DNA of 60,934 nucleotides, the filler included, from Candidatus Omnitrophota bacterium (GTDB lineage Bacteria; Omnitrophota; Gorgyraeia; Zapsychrales; Zapsychraceae), in assembly GCA_015233495.1 (NCBI GenBank). It is 4 parts of 4 records of this genome, joined end to end, with 100 filler letters (N's around TTAATTAATTAA, not from the genome) between each part and the next. Parts side by side here need not be neighbours in the genome. Positions count along the whole stretch, not along the records: positions 46,078 to 60,934 come from JADFXQ010000045.1; 3 more parts are not named here. One strand, 5' to 3'. Below, one piece after another: positions 52,201 to 59,969 of the stretch. The stretch's first letter is position 1, and each line of letters starts with the position of its first letter. The notes beneath the pieces were generated by a model. That model worked only from the letters and a program-made list of their open reading frames with translations, ran no database searches and had not been told where the DNA came from. Position numbers and translations under genes: made by a program.

Positions 52201-53300
52201 TCGCCATCCGGATCCGAAGCTTGTAAGGCATAGGTAAATTTGGCGCCTTCCTGCGCGGTTTGAGGGGTTATGGCGCTCAATAAGGGCGTTTGATTCACAT
52301 TGGCGATGTGAATCGGCACAACTTCGGATGCAGTAACTGTCCCATCGGAAACAGTAAAGGTCATCGTATAATCGCCAGCCTGCGTATAATTCGGTGTCCA
52401 GTCAAACGTCCGGGTGCTAGGATTAAAATAGGATTGTAAAGCGCCGCTCGCGCTATAAGTTAACGTGTCTTGTTGATCAAGATCGCTTCCGGAAATCGTA
52501 AATTTCATTGCCGTTCCTTCCGAACCGCTCTGGCTTCCTATATTATTAAGCGTGGGCGGACGGTTTACATTGACAACGGTAATGCTTACGGTCTTGGTTA
52601 CGGAATCTGTACCATCGGTCGCAGTAAATACGACATCATAGGTTTGACCGCCTTGATTATAGTTTGGTGTCCAGGAAAATAGTCCAGAACTCGTGTCAAA
52701 CGTGGCGCCTAAAGGCGTTCCCGACACGGAATAGGTAACTTTGTCGCCATCCGGGTCAGTCGCAGACACATTAAACGTTAAAAACGAATTTTCATTGACT
52801 GAGGGATTTGGGAGCGTATTAAAAACCGGCGGTTGGTTTGCCGGCGCTAAAATCGTAAATGTGCCGTTTTGAGGAGTTACATTGGTGTCGTTGAATACGG
52901 CTTTCGTAAGTTGCAAAGCGCAAGTCGTATTTTTGACAGCCGTACTTTTAACGTTAAATCTGACATTAGCCAAAACACCATCTTGAGCGGGAAAAACATC
53001 GGTTTGATAAACCGCGATTTTGATGATCCCGGGAGTCGCGATATTGGAAAAAAATTGCGCGCCGGACGTGATGGTTCCGGCTTCCGCGGAAACAACCTGT
53101 AATTTGTTAGCGTCATATGTCAGCCAAAGATCAATCGCGAAAACCGAAGGCACTGTATTATTTTGAACGCTGATCGAGACCGAAACCCCGTTTTGTCCCG
53201 GCAAGCCGGAAGCATCCGAAACAATAGCTTCCGTAGCCTGCGCCAGGTTCGGGACTAAGAAAAATATCAAACCAGCAAACAAAATTTTGTTGATTTTCAT
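46242..53300 (-). CDS. Giant secreted protein: signal peptide, one cohesin domain, 23 tandem Ig/cadherin-like repeats
   Basis: MKINKILFAG...AQA signal; cohesin pattern G..VSVSISV, LTYD...LQVVS..G, GVLANVRFNVK, NGTFTI; 23 units NxPP...DPDGD.LTYS..GLP.GA.FD....WTP counted by eye. Confidence 0.9.
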   Translation of the reverse strand: MKINKILFAGLIFFLVPNLAQATEAIVSDASGLPGQNGVSVSISVQNNTVPSVFAIDLWLTYDANKLQVVSAEAGTITSGAQFFSNIATPGIIKIAVYQTDVFPAQDGVLANVRFNVKSTAVKNTTCALQLTKAVFNDTNVTPQNGTFTILAPANQPPVFNTLPNPSVNENSFLTFNVSATDPDGDKVTYSVSGTPLGATFDTSSGLFSWTPNYNQGGQTYDVVFTATDGTDSVTKTVSITVVNVNRPPTLNNIGSQSGSEGTAMKFTISGSDLDQQDTLTYSASGALQSYFNPSTRTFDWTPNYTQAGDYTMTFTVSDGTVTASEVVPIHIANVNQTPLLSAITPQTAQEGAKFTYALQASDPDGDTLTYSLSGFPAGSDAAVDLSTKILSWTPLAGQAGVYPVTVTVKDPSNASAAQTFNITVSHTNRAPTLSAIPDQSASEGIKLSYTLQASDPDNDVLTYTLTGFPGGSDAAVDPSTKKLTWTPAAGQAGIYNITVTVKDPGNLSVSQSFKITVSHTNNAPILSPIASITKDDGIAFTINLSASDIDNDALTFSIAGLPNGNNATIDPVTQIFSWTPPIVAQDTSYNVTVTVKDPGNLSASQTFTITIKHKNHAPTLNHIGSQGINEGDTKSFTISGSDMDTQDTLIYSVSPLPLPNHASFNAATKTFSWSPDYTQAGNYSFTFSVFDGTLSASETVAITVNNVNQPPVLNHINDQSVLENSAITPIVVTGSDPDGDALTYSASGVPDGTPLPVGAVFNTSTHTLTWTPNYNQGSPEPYYIKFSVTDGSLTTSQTMAITVGNYNRPPAFNVIPSKSVNEGDTLSLMVSASDPDGNDLTYSASDLPDGATFNAATRTLTWTPNFNQGRDAPYIVKFTVSDSALTDVETAAITVIDVNRPPSLSAIDPQSVNEGSAFTYTLQATDPDGDALTYSLTGLPVDAQIDPISKKLSWTPPQGLFVGKTVNHLDYPVTVTVTDSGKIPLSDSKTFTLTVHHVNRSPTLSAIADQTTNEGVKLSFPLQVTDPDGDALTYTISGLPAGSDAAVDPVTKMFSWMPAVGQSQITNIYNVTVTATDPENMSDAKTFKITVNRAPTFNVIGNQTINEGTKLTVTLPVADPDSNTLTYAIAGLPAGSDAAVDPATKKFSWTPGVGQSQTTNIYNVTVTAIDPGGLSAAQTFKITVNRAPTFNSIGSQTFTENVEKSFTVLATDKDTQDTLTYTVAGLPPGATFDPATRIFTWKPSYTQGRTDPYMVTFTVSDEKLTASETVAVTVTDVPQRPVLTFIGNKTVEAKQTLSITAYATDPDDATGLSLVFSASNLPTGAAFDQNSKTFSWTPTLDQVGSAVVSFTVNKGALSDVENVHITVTQPAPPPNQAPKWVDIRDWTIQETETLHFTVSAQDPENDPLTYTMDRTIVNASFNPDTRTFDWTPNYGQAGTYPVTFTVTDGHTPVTHQITITVIKKNQPPVIGTITDRTVEERSSITVSIPAADPDSYPNSLSFTSTNLPQGASLNASAGMLTWTPTEGQAGIYPITVTASDGKDAVSGSFKITVTKFNHPPVFDPVVVPAVNPQQPVNFTISATDQDNDPLTYYLVSTLPKNATFDLDTRQFNWTPDYAQYGTWPVTFQVSDGTNTVQKIINITVNKVNQPPVLDAVVDQTAYEGSEFTLILSASDPDGDPLTYSVAGLTSNAKIDAAAKKLTWTPAWGETGDHTVTVSVSDGKLSSTQTFKITVMHVNRPPEFAALSDQTTDAEKEFSLTIAATDPDGDAVTYSVAPNLPNGAVFDPLTQKFTWTPANNQGNITWPVKFQVSDGSLNVQKVINITVNKVNHAPTLDPVLDQTANEGSALTVPLSASDPDGDALTFSVSGLNGDAAINSETKVLSWTPAWGQAGDHTVTVSVSDGKIAAAKTFKITVNHVNRPPALNTIGTKTAYVSNMLTFTVSGYDLDLGDTVSYSVTGLPPGAVWNQDTHTFSWVPAYNQAGKYPVTFKITDQNDASSQEIVSLIISDANLHPIIPPIELQTANHPPEFNPLGDQTVFENQQLTFQVAATDADQDPLAYSALNLPFGANFDKSNQTFSWRPYTGQNGSYLVTFVVSDGKTKVQSPIMIKVQSGTISLGLSNVSSATSSGNMVTPVNVVNVVTSINSKMPVNTDMPVKAKTKLPPFFGSLANQWIREGQTLRISVYAISADADSPLTYSATGLPTGATFNAGTRIFEWTPNYDQGGVNKIYTIKFTVSDGTNSVSREMNVAVADVDRPPTIDPIPDQTATVGSVLSFMIHAVDLDHDPVKISVYGVPAGDTHSMNNNRFTWTPARPGNYQLTVYAADPSGERNKTNVRVSVSPREAVAGR

Positions 53301-53330
53301 ATATTTTCCCTTCCGTTTCGGTACCGGTAC

Positions 53331-53356
53331 AAAAAAAAGCCCCTGCAAAGAGGGGC
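53331..53356 (-). terminator. Intrinsic terminator between riboswitch and cohesin gene
   Basis: GCCCCT-CTTTGC-AGGGGC followed by T8. Confidence 0.8.
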
Positions 53357-53384
53357 GAGTCAATAGTCAGATTGAAAAAGCTAT

Positions 53385-53522
53385 TGGCAACCAGACAACC
53401 ATATCCGTTGGTCATGCACCCTAATCGGGCCCCCATTTTGTAGGGGCACCCCTTGTGGGTGCCCACGCGGATTTAGGCTCACGGCTTTGCGTCCCACTCT
53501 TTCGAGTAGTTTGCCACCAAAT
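53385..53522 (-). promoter_or_regulatory. c-di-GMP-I riboswitch with ~60-nt insertion in the distal stem
   Basis: GGCAAACTACTC-GAAA-GAGTGGGACGCAAAGCCGTGAGCCTAAATCCG-[insert]-CGGATATGGTTGTCTGGTTGCC. Confidence 0.9.
53440..53464 (+). repeat. GTAG-type REP sequence inside the riboswitch
   Basis: GTAG-GGGCACCC-CTTGT-GGGTGCCC; degenerate GTAG...CTAC remnants also at 46220-46235 and 53614-53633. Confidence 0.75.
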
Positions 53523-53629
53523 ATAGTAATTATAAAAGAGCAGTCCTATTGCCTAATTAAAATATACCACCAAATCGGGCATTTTGCCAGTTTTTTATTT
53601 TCGCGTCACCGTCGTAGGAGCCCCCCCCC

Positions 53630-56600
53630 CTACAATTTTGTTTCGACCGGAAACTTATCAATCAACCCGATCGCTTTCTTTGCAATCAATACTGCGTCAA
53701 AAGCGCTCACTTGTCCGTCAGCGGAAACGTCCGCTTTCATCACTTTGTCTGTTGTCAAAGTGATGATTCCCACCGCGTATTGCGCTGCTAATAACGCGTC
53801 AAACGCGGTTACTTTTCCGTCACCATTGACATCGCCGTATAACACCGCATCCTTGTTCGGCCGAAACATCACGATATCCGCGGCGCCGAGCGGCATAGAA
53901 AAACTTACCTCATTTCCGTTCGCGGTAAAGGTCAATTCCCCGGATTTAACGCTTTTTACGCTCTGGACCGTGAACGGCAGACGCACAGTAAATGTGACAT
54001 TATCTTGCGGCGCACCCCGCCAATTCAACACAGTGATCAGCGCGCCCTGGTCCGCGATCAACATTGGCGCTTCAATCAACGGTAGACTGATTGAAACCGG
54101 CGGCGTGACTTGGGCGAGCGTCAGCGGATAAGACACATAATCGCGTTGAATATCCGAAAATGACAAGGGATTATATAATCCGTCGACCGCAGCATATTTT
54201 CCATACGTCCGGCTATAGCAATATCCCGGATACCAAGAATAATATATTGCCCGGCCGCTGCCAACGGGTGTCACAACAATCGCCGGTTTGCCGTCATCAA
54301 AACTCGCAGTTACCATCCCGACCGGCGCGTCCAACAAACCGCGGTTCCCATACGCCGCAAAACTTCCCATAGGGCCTTGACCGGTTTTGCCGCTGGATAT
54401 AACTTCTTGCGACAATTCCGTCATCCCCGTCACATTTTTTAATAAGGAACACGGCTCATGATACCGGTCTTTGGTCCCGGCTTGCGGCACCATAGCCAAT
54501 GTCCCGCCGGCCTTGACCCAATCCTTAATTCCCGCTTGTCCTTCTTCCGGGATATCCGGTTCGGTCACATATAATACCTTATATTTGGCCAACCCGGCCG
54601 GCGTCAGGTCGTCCTCGTCGACAAAATCGACCAGCACGCTCTTATGTTCTAAGGCAAAATATAAATTATAAACCTCACCGAGATAATTATTGACCGCCAA
54701 TCCCTCATCCCAATAATCGGTAGAAATATTGTCCCAAGCCATGGAACTGCGCGGCATTAAAATCGCCACAGCCGAACCGGCTGGTTTGCCCGGCCAAAAT
54801 ATATCTTCGCTCGCCGCAATCATCCCATGCGCTTCTGCCATTTTGGACATGATGGATTTCATCTGACTGCTGTCGGAATAACAATTTCCCGGAAATACAT
54901 ATTCCGGGCCAAACACAAAATATTCAATCATCTTAGCGCCGCTGCCGGCTAAAGTTAATATTTTCTGGAGAATGCCGTTTTCCCGGCCGCCGGCTGACCG
55001 GGGGACAATATAGCCGCCAAAGGTTCCCCCGCTTTTTTGGGAAGAACTACGCAATTTCGCGGCGCGGTACGACCAGACAAACGCTGACCCGTCGCCAAAC
55101 CAATCTTCGGTCCACAGCGTTGTGGCGCCGCGCATTCTGCCAAACTCAAACCAATCGTGACTGCCCATGGCCCGATCCGGGCTGGTTGTATCCGGATTAT
55201 TGCCTAAGGTATGATTATAAAAACGGGAAGAAAAATTGTTCCAATTCGTGCTGACCGATACCCCCGGATAAAACCATTTTTCGAACGAGGCCGTGCTGTG
55301 GATAAAATACCGGGTTGATTCCCAGGAAAAAAACCGCATGGTCCAATAAAACAAACGTTTTGACGGTATGTCAATGGCTTTGCTGACTCCGATCGGCACC
55401 ACCTGGTCCCAACTCGCGGCTCCGACATCCGCGGCGCTCAATCCTTGCTGCTGAAGATAATTGCGGAAATTGGTCAGGCCCGAAGGATTATTCGCGAGCT
55501 CCGTAAACATACTCGGGAAATACCAGCCCGGCTCATCGCAAAATACGTACGACACCATGTCGCGCAAAGAAAATCCCGCGTCGGTAAACGATTTGGCAAT
55601 CCCTTTAATCTGATCATCAACTTTTTGGGGGGTCACGTTCGAGTCGGAATCAAAGGCATAACCGGTTAAACAATAAATGGCCCAAGCGTAACGGGTAAAT
55701 CCCAGATCATTCATGATATTTTTAACCGCCTTGGTCGGCGGGGCCATAAACACATTCATCCCGGTATTTGCCAAATGCTGCATACCTTCACGCCAGTCCC
55801 GTTTATCGTCGTCGCCGCCGATAAACCGGTCAATAATCGGAAAGTTTTTTGGCCGTAGATTTGCGTCCAATGTAAACCCTTCCAAAGTGTCCCAATATCT
55901 CACCTGATTATAATCCGCCATAGTCGCGACTTTGGCATTGCCATTGTCGTCGCGCCAAATATTGATTCCTAAATTCGGACTATAACCGAACAGCTCCGTA
56001 GAACCCGCATCCAATTCGCCGGTTTCATCAACTTTGATTTCAAAGTCAATCACTGTCGCGTCGATTGTGCCGGCATCCGTGCCGCGGATGTTGAGCGTGG
56101 TCACTACGGGATAACGTCCTAGATAAGAATTCGGATAAGCCTTCATCGCCTTATCCGCCTGAGTTGTGTCAAAAGTCAACCAATCGCTCCAAGCACTGCC
56201 TTTAGGCACGGATTTAACCGCACTGTTCAAAGTCATGGTAAAACTTGTTGCAGCCAAAGGCGCCGCGCCGCCGCGCGATACAACGCGGGCGCGAACTTTA
56301 AAAGTCGGAAATGGACTCACGCTGATCGCGACAGTCTGGGACGCGGTTAATGAGCTATCGGATATTATAAATGTGACATTATACGGCGTGACACTCCCCT
56401 GACCAAAGGCCGGCGTCCATTGAAAGGTTTTCGTTGCCGGATCAAAAGTCGCGCCCGGCGGCAAAGTCCCGGCGCTAAACGTCACCGCATCGCCATCCGG
56501 GTCACTCCCCGCAACCGTGAATTTCAATGTCCGGCCTTCCGCCACTCCCTTATTGCTGATGGCATTGAGCGTTGGCGGACGATTGACATTATTGACTGTG

Positions 56601-56983
56601 ATCGCGATGGTTTCAGAAGCAGTCAATGCGCCGTCGGATACGGTAAATTTGACGGAATACGGCGTGACTTGACTTTGCGTATAACTCGGTTTCCATTGAA
56701 ATGTCTTGGTTGACGCCGTAAATGTCGCGCCGCTCGGCAAACCGCTCGCGCTATAAGTCAACGTGTTCCCGTCCGGATCGCTTCCGGAAATCGTAAAACT
56801 CAACAAATCGTTTTCATTCACGCTCTTACTGCCGATCGGGTTGAGCACCGGAGGATTATTAACATAAACAGTCATCGCGCCCAACGCGACCCCATTACCC
56901 ACCGGAGGTCCGGCAAGAGCTGAGTCCATCATCGCCAAAATTACAATTATAAAAAATAACAACAATATTTTTCTCATTTTCAT
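53630..56983 (-). CDS. Secreted modular glycoside-hydrolase-like protein: 2 Ig repeats, TIM-barrel-like domain, beta-galactosidase trimerisation-like domain, C-terminal dockerin
   Basis: Signal peptide; CDEPGW and WTEDW; VAIL...VDFVDEDDL...KYKVLYV...WVKAGGTL; YGDVNGDGKVTAFDA...ADVSADGQVSAFDA. Confidence 0.82.
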   Translation of the reverse strand: MKMRKILLLFFIIVILAMMDSALAGPPVGNGVALGAMTVYVNNPPVLNPIGSKSVNENDLLSFTISGSDPDGNTLTYSASGLPSGATFTASTKTFQWKPSYTQSQVTPYSVKFTVSDGALTASETIAITVNNVNRPPTLNAISNKGVAEGRTLKFTVAGSDPDGDAVTFSAGTLPPGATFDPATKTFQWTPAFGQGSVTPYNVTFIISDSSLTASQTVAISVSPFPTFKVRARVVSRGGAAPLAATSFTMTLNSAVKSVPKGSAWSDWLTFDTTQADKAMKAYPNSYLGRYPVVTTLNIRGTDAGTIDATVIDFEIKVDETGELDAGSTELFGYSPNLGINIWRDDNGNAKVATMADYNQVRYWDTLEGFTLDANLRPKNFPIIDRFIGGDDDKRDWREGMQHLANTGMNVFMAPPTKAVKNIMNDLGFTRYAWAIYCLTGYAFDSDSNVTPQKVDDQIKGIAKSFTDAGFSLRDMVSYVFCDEPGWYFPSMFTELANNPSGLTNFRNYLQQQGLSAADVGAASWDQVVPIGVSKAIDIPSKRLFYWTMRFFSWESTRYFIHSTASFEKWFYPGVSVSTNWNNFSSRFYNHTLGNNPDTTSPDRAMGSHDWFEFGRMRGATTLWTEDWFGDGSAFVWSYRAAKLRSSSQKSGGTFGGYIVPRSAGGRENGILQKILTLAGSGAKMIEYFVFGPEYVFPGNCYSDSSQMKSIMSKMAEAHGMIAASEDIFWPGKPAGSAVAILMPRSSMAWDNISTDYWDEGLAVNNYLGEVYNLYFALEHKSVLVDFVDEDDLTPAGLAKYKVLYVTEPDIPEEGQAGIKDWVKAGGTLAMVPQAGTKDRYHEPCSLLKNVTGMTELSQEVISSGKTGQGPMGSFAAYGNRGLLDAPVGMVTASFDDGKPAIVVTPVGSGRAIYYSWYPGYCYSRTYGKYAAVDGLYNPLSFSDIQRDYVSYPLTLAQVTPPVSISLPLIEAPMLIADQGALITVLNWRGAPQDNVTFTVRLPFTVQSVKSVKSGELTFTANGNEVSFSMPLGAADIVMFRPNKDAVLYGDVNGDGKVTAFDALLAAQYAVGIITLTTDKVMKADVSADGQVSAFDAVLIAKKAIGLIDKFPVETKL

Positions 56984-57058
56984 ATACCGACCTTTGCCTT
57001 TCCCGCTAAAAGTTTATCCTCGTAAAGCGAGTACGGGGATTGAATAAAAGCCATAAAC

Positions 57059-57085
57059 AAAAAAAGCCCCTCTCTCAAGAGGGGC
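57059..57085 (-). terminator. Intrinsic terminator between riboswitch and GH-dockerin gene
   Basis: GCCCCTCT-TGAG-AGAGGGGC followed by T7. Confidence 0.8.
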
Positions 57086-57117
57086 AAAAAATATAATTGC
57101 TCAATTTCTATATCGTT

Positions 57118-57252
57118 TGTAACCAGACAGCCTTATCTCGGTATACGGGATACGGTATACAGTAATTATGTTTGCTGTATCCCGTATACCGTTTTTCAGA
57201 CTTAGGCTCACGGCTTTGCGTCCCACTCTTTCGAGTAGTTTGCCAAAAGTTA
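57118..57252 (-). promoter_or_regulatory. c-di-GMP-I riboswitch with heptamer-repeat hairpin insertion
   Basis: Core 57202-57245 identical to 53473-53516; 3' side GGCTGTCTGGTTAC. Confidence 0.9.
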
Positions 57253-57395
57253 AATCATCAAAAGAGCAAATCAGCCTAAATTTGGCTGAACACGTTCATC
57301 TGATTAAAGTATAACATCTAAAATAGGGAAAATGCCACCAACAAATACGCGCCCCTCTCCTTTCGCAATCCCACGAGGGTAGCCATTACAACAAA

Positions 57396-59969
57396 TTATT
57401 TGTTGTTTTCCAGGGCTTTACGCGCGATCAATACCGCGTCCCAAGCCGAGACTTTTCCGTCATGCGAAATATCCGCTTTTTTGATCTGATCTGGAGTCAG
57501 GGTCACCAGCCCAACCACGTAGCGGGCGGTTAGGGCCGCGTCGTAGGACGTTACTTTTCCATCACCTGACACATCGCCGTCGATCTGGAAGTTTCTTTTT
57601 ATGAGAACAATGCGATCAAAATGAACGGCATTCGGCTCATCCGATTTGCCAAAAGGATACGCCCCACCGGTAAACTTCAGGGAAACATATACGTCCCATT
57701 CTTGGTTGGGATTCGCCGGGTCATACTCTGACCATAAATGTTCCTGAAATTTCCAAGAGCGTGTCAGATAGAGGTAAGTCCACTCGTGAAGGGTAAAACG
57801 CGGGCCTTGATACCAATGGTATCCCGGTCCTGTGATGTCAGCGGCCTTGATCCGTTGGATAGACTGATTACTAGACAAATTTTTGGGAATCAATGTGTAA
57901 GTAGCCATGGGCATTGGCAGTTCCTGGTCTCCGGATTTCAAAGCGGCAAGTCCCAAGGCCGCGTCAGAATCAAGAAACAAGCCCGGCCCGTCCGGATCAT
58001 CCCAGGCTAGAGGTGGCCCGATCAAATCAATGATGCTCTCCCGTGGTATAGCACAAAAAATATCAGGCAACGGTTCATATTCTTTGCCTGAGGAATACGT
58101 CTGTATAAAGGCGCTTACACCTTCGGAAACAGGAATAAATTGCAATTGACCATCCGATGTCCAATGACTGTATTTGGTCATTAATAAAGGATTTTCCGTC
58201 GCGGCGAGGGTCTGTTTTAAACGATCGGTAATCAATGCCAGCTTAAAAGGATAATTCTCCCATACGCCGCCGGCTGCCAAATAGCTGCCGATAATATCAT
58301 TTCGCCAAGCCACGGTTGCCAAGTCAAGCTGCAACCGTAAATCACGCACCCGTCCCAATAACTCCGGCTTATCGGCGACAGCCGACAGCGCCTGACTAAA
58401 CAAACTCTGTGCCTGACTGACAAAAGCATAATCAAAAAATCGATAGGGATATTGAGACAATTTCGAGCGCACCAAATCCACATATTGACGCAAAGCCGGC
58501 GCGGCCGAACCATAATACCCTTCTAAGAAATCATTGATCAGAACATTAAGATCCGTGTCAGGATTTCGCGCCAAGTGCGCAAAGATCCAAAAATTCATCT
58601 CATAAAACTGCGGGAACAACGACCCGTTGTCGCCGATAAATTCGTTTTCCTGGAAAAGACCATCGACGTTGCCTAACTGCTTATAAAATTTAAACTGATC
58701 ATCCATCTGCCAGGTCAGCGGACAGAAAAAATGCATTCCCCGGAATATCGAATTGGCATAATCCCACGCCCAAAGATGCGGAGCGAATTGACTCCAGCCG
58801 CGCAAAGTTTGAAATTCCTCGGAATCCATGCCCCGCGGGAAATGCACCAGGGCCGATCTGCCGCTGGCCGCCGCGAAAACAATCACATTATCCCGGGCAT
58901 GGATATTCAACGGTGGCTCGCTCGTCGCATTGTACGCCAAAGTCAGGATGTATTTACCCGGGTATTCTTTTTTGACCGCGTCAGCCACAGCATTGACAAA
59001 TTGCAGCAGCAAACCCGACTCGCCTTCTTTCTTGGCTACTGCCCGGCATTTGGGACAATCGCAGATGGTCGCGTTCCCGCCATCATTAATCGAAACGGAA
59101 ACATATGTGGCGTTCGGATAATTTTGGAAATCTTTTCGTACTTCTTCAATAACGATCCGCAGGACATCCGGATTCGTCAGGCATAATTGATTGCCGTTAG
59201 TCGCTGTCGAAGGAACGCGAACCCCATTGCGCATCGAGAAATATTCGGGATGATCTTTGAAATACTTTTCGGTTGGCACTAATAGATAAAAACTGTGATT
59301 GCCCGCCCGGCCGCGAGACACACCGTCTCCCCACTGGGGATCCGGTGTGGCAATGTTCACACAGTTGCGCACGGCGAAACGGGTCCACCCCGCGTGGTCG
59401 GAATACGACCGCACATCACCCAGATGGCAATAATTTTCCCGATACATAAAATAGGGGTGAGTATGCTTATCTAAATCAGAAACCGAAAGATCCGAAATCG
59501 ATGGGACTTTTTCTGACCAGGCCGTGTACCAGCGACAGCCGCATACGTTTTCCAGAAAATCATAAACTCCGTACAATGTGCCGCGCGGTCTCCCCCCGGA
59601 AATTATCAAGCTGCCGTCGACCGTGCGGATCACCGAATCTTCCGGCCCTAATTGATTGGGATCAATTCCATGGGCGCGGGCAAAGCTCGTGTTCCCCACA
59701 TAAATCCCCCGGCCATCCGCATTGGGGAGAGCCGCGATCTGAAAATCAGCGCCGGATATTCGTTTCAAATAGGCGCAGAGTTCTTGGGCTGCCGTCACCT
59801 CCGCAGGAATCGAACGATCTTCCAATATGACCGGTAAGAGCGCCTGTTTAGCGCGGGCCAACACCACACGACTCGAATTGCTATTATCTGGCTTAGCTTC
59901 TTCCGGGCTAAAACAAATAAACAAAGGCAAGCAGACCACAATGATTAAGAAAATTGTATTTTTGAGCAT
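57396..59969 (-). CDS. DUF4838-like secreted protein (GH67/GH20-type N-terminal domain) with C-terminal dockerin
   Basis: AAQEL..YL.RISGA, RGTLYGVYDFLE...GCRW, YFKDHPEYF, QLCLTNP, SIND..CDC..C, TLAY; GDVSGDGKVTSYDA...ADISHDGKVSAWDA. Confidence 0.85.
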   Translation of the reverse strand: MLKNTIFLIIVVCLPLFICFSPEEAKPDNSNSSRVVLARAKQALLPVILEDRSIPAEVTAAQELCAYLKRISGADFQIAALPNADGRGIYVGNTSFARAHGIDPNQLGPEDSVIRTVDGSLIISGGRPRGTLYGVYDFLENVCGCRWYTAWSEKVPSISDLSVSDLDKHTHPYFMYRENYCHLGDVRSYSDHAGWTRFAVRNCVNIATPDPQWGDGVSRGRAGNHSFYLLVPTEKYFKDHPEYFSMRNGVRVPSTATNGNQLCLTNPDVLRIVIEEVRKDFQNYPNATYVSVSINDGGNATICDCPKCRAVAKKEGESGLLLQFVNAVADAVKKEYPGKYILTLAYNATSEPPLNIHARDNVIVFAAASGRSALVHFPRGMDSEEFQTLRGWSQFAPHLWAWDYANSIFRGMHFFCPLTWQMDDQFKFYKQLGNVDGLFQENEFIGDNGSLFPQFYEMNFWIFAHLARNPDTDLNVLINDFLEGYYGSAAPALRQYVDLVRSKLSQYPYRFFDYAFVSQAQSLFSQALSAVADKPELLGRVRDLRLQLDLATVAWRNDIIGSYLAAGGVWENYPFKLALITDRLKQTLAATENPLLMTKYSHWTSDGQLQFIPVSEGVSAFIQTYSSGKEYEPLPDIFCAIPRESIIDLIGPPLAWDDPDGPGLFLDSDAALGLAALKSGDQELPMPMATYTLIPKNLSSNQSIQRIKAADITGPGYHWYQGPRFTLHEWTYLYLTRSWKFQEHLWSEYDPANPNQEWDVYVSLKFTGGAYPFGKSDEPNAVHFDRIVLIKRNFQIDGDVSGDGKVTSYDAALTARYVVGLVTLTPDQIKKADISHDGKVSAWDAVLIARKALENNK

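Noticed and set aside
46242..52840. CRISPR array or DNA tandem repeat in the long repetitive region
   Set aside because: The repeats are degenerate ~280-bp protein-coding units in one open frame, with no identical repeats, spacers or cas genes.
53301..53363. ORF-track start at 53363 for the cohesin gene
   Set aside because: The extension runs through the terminator; ATG 53300 has an RBS and begins a signal peptide.
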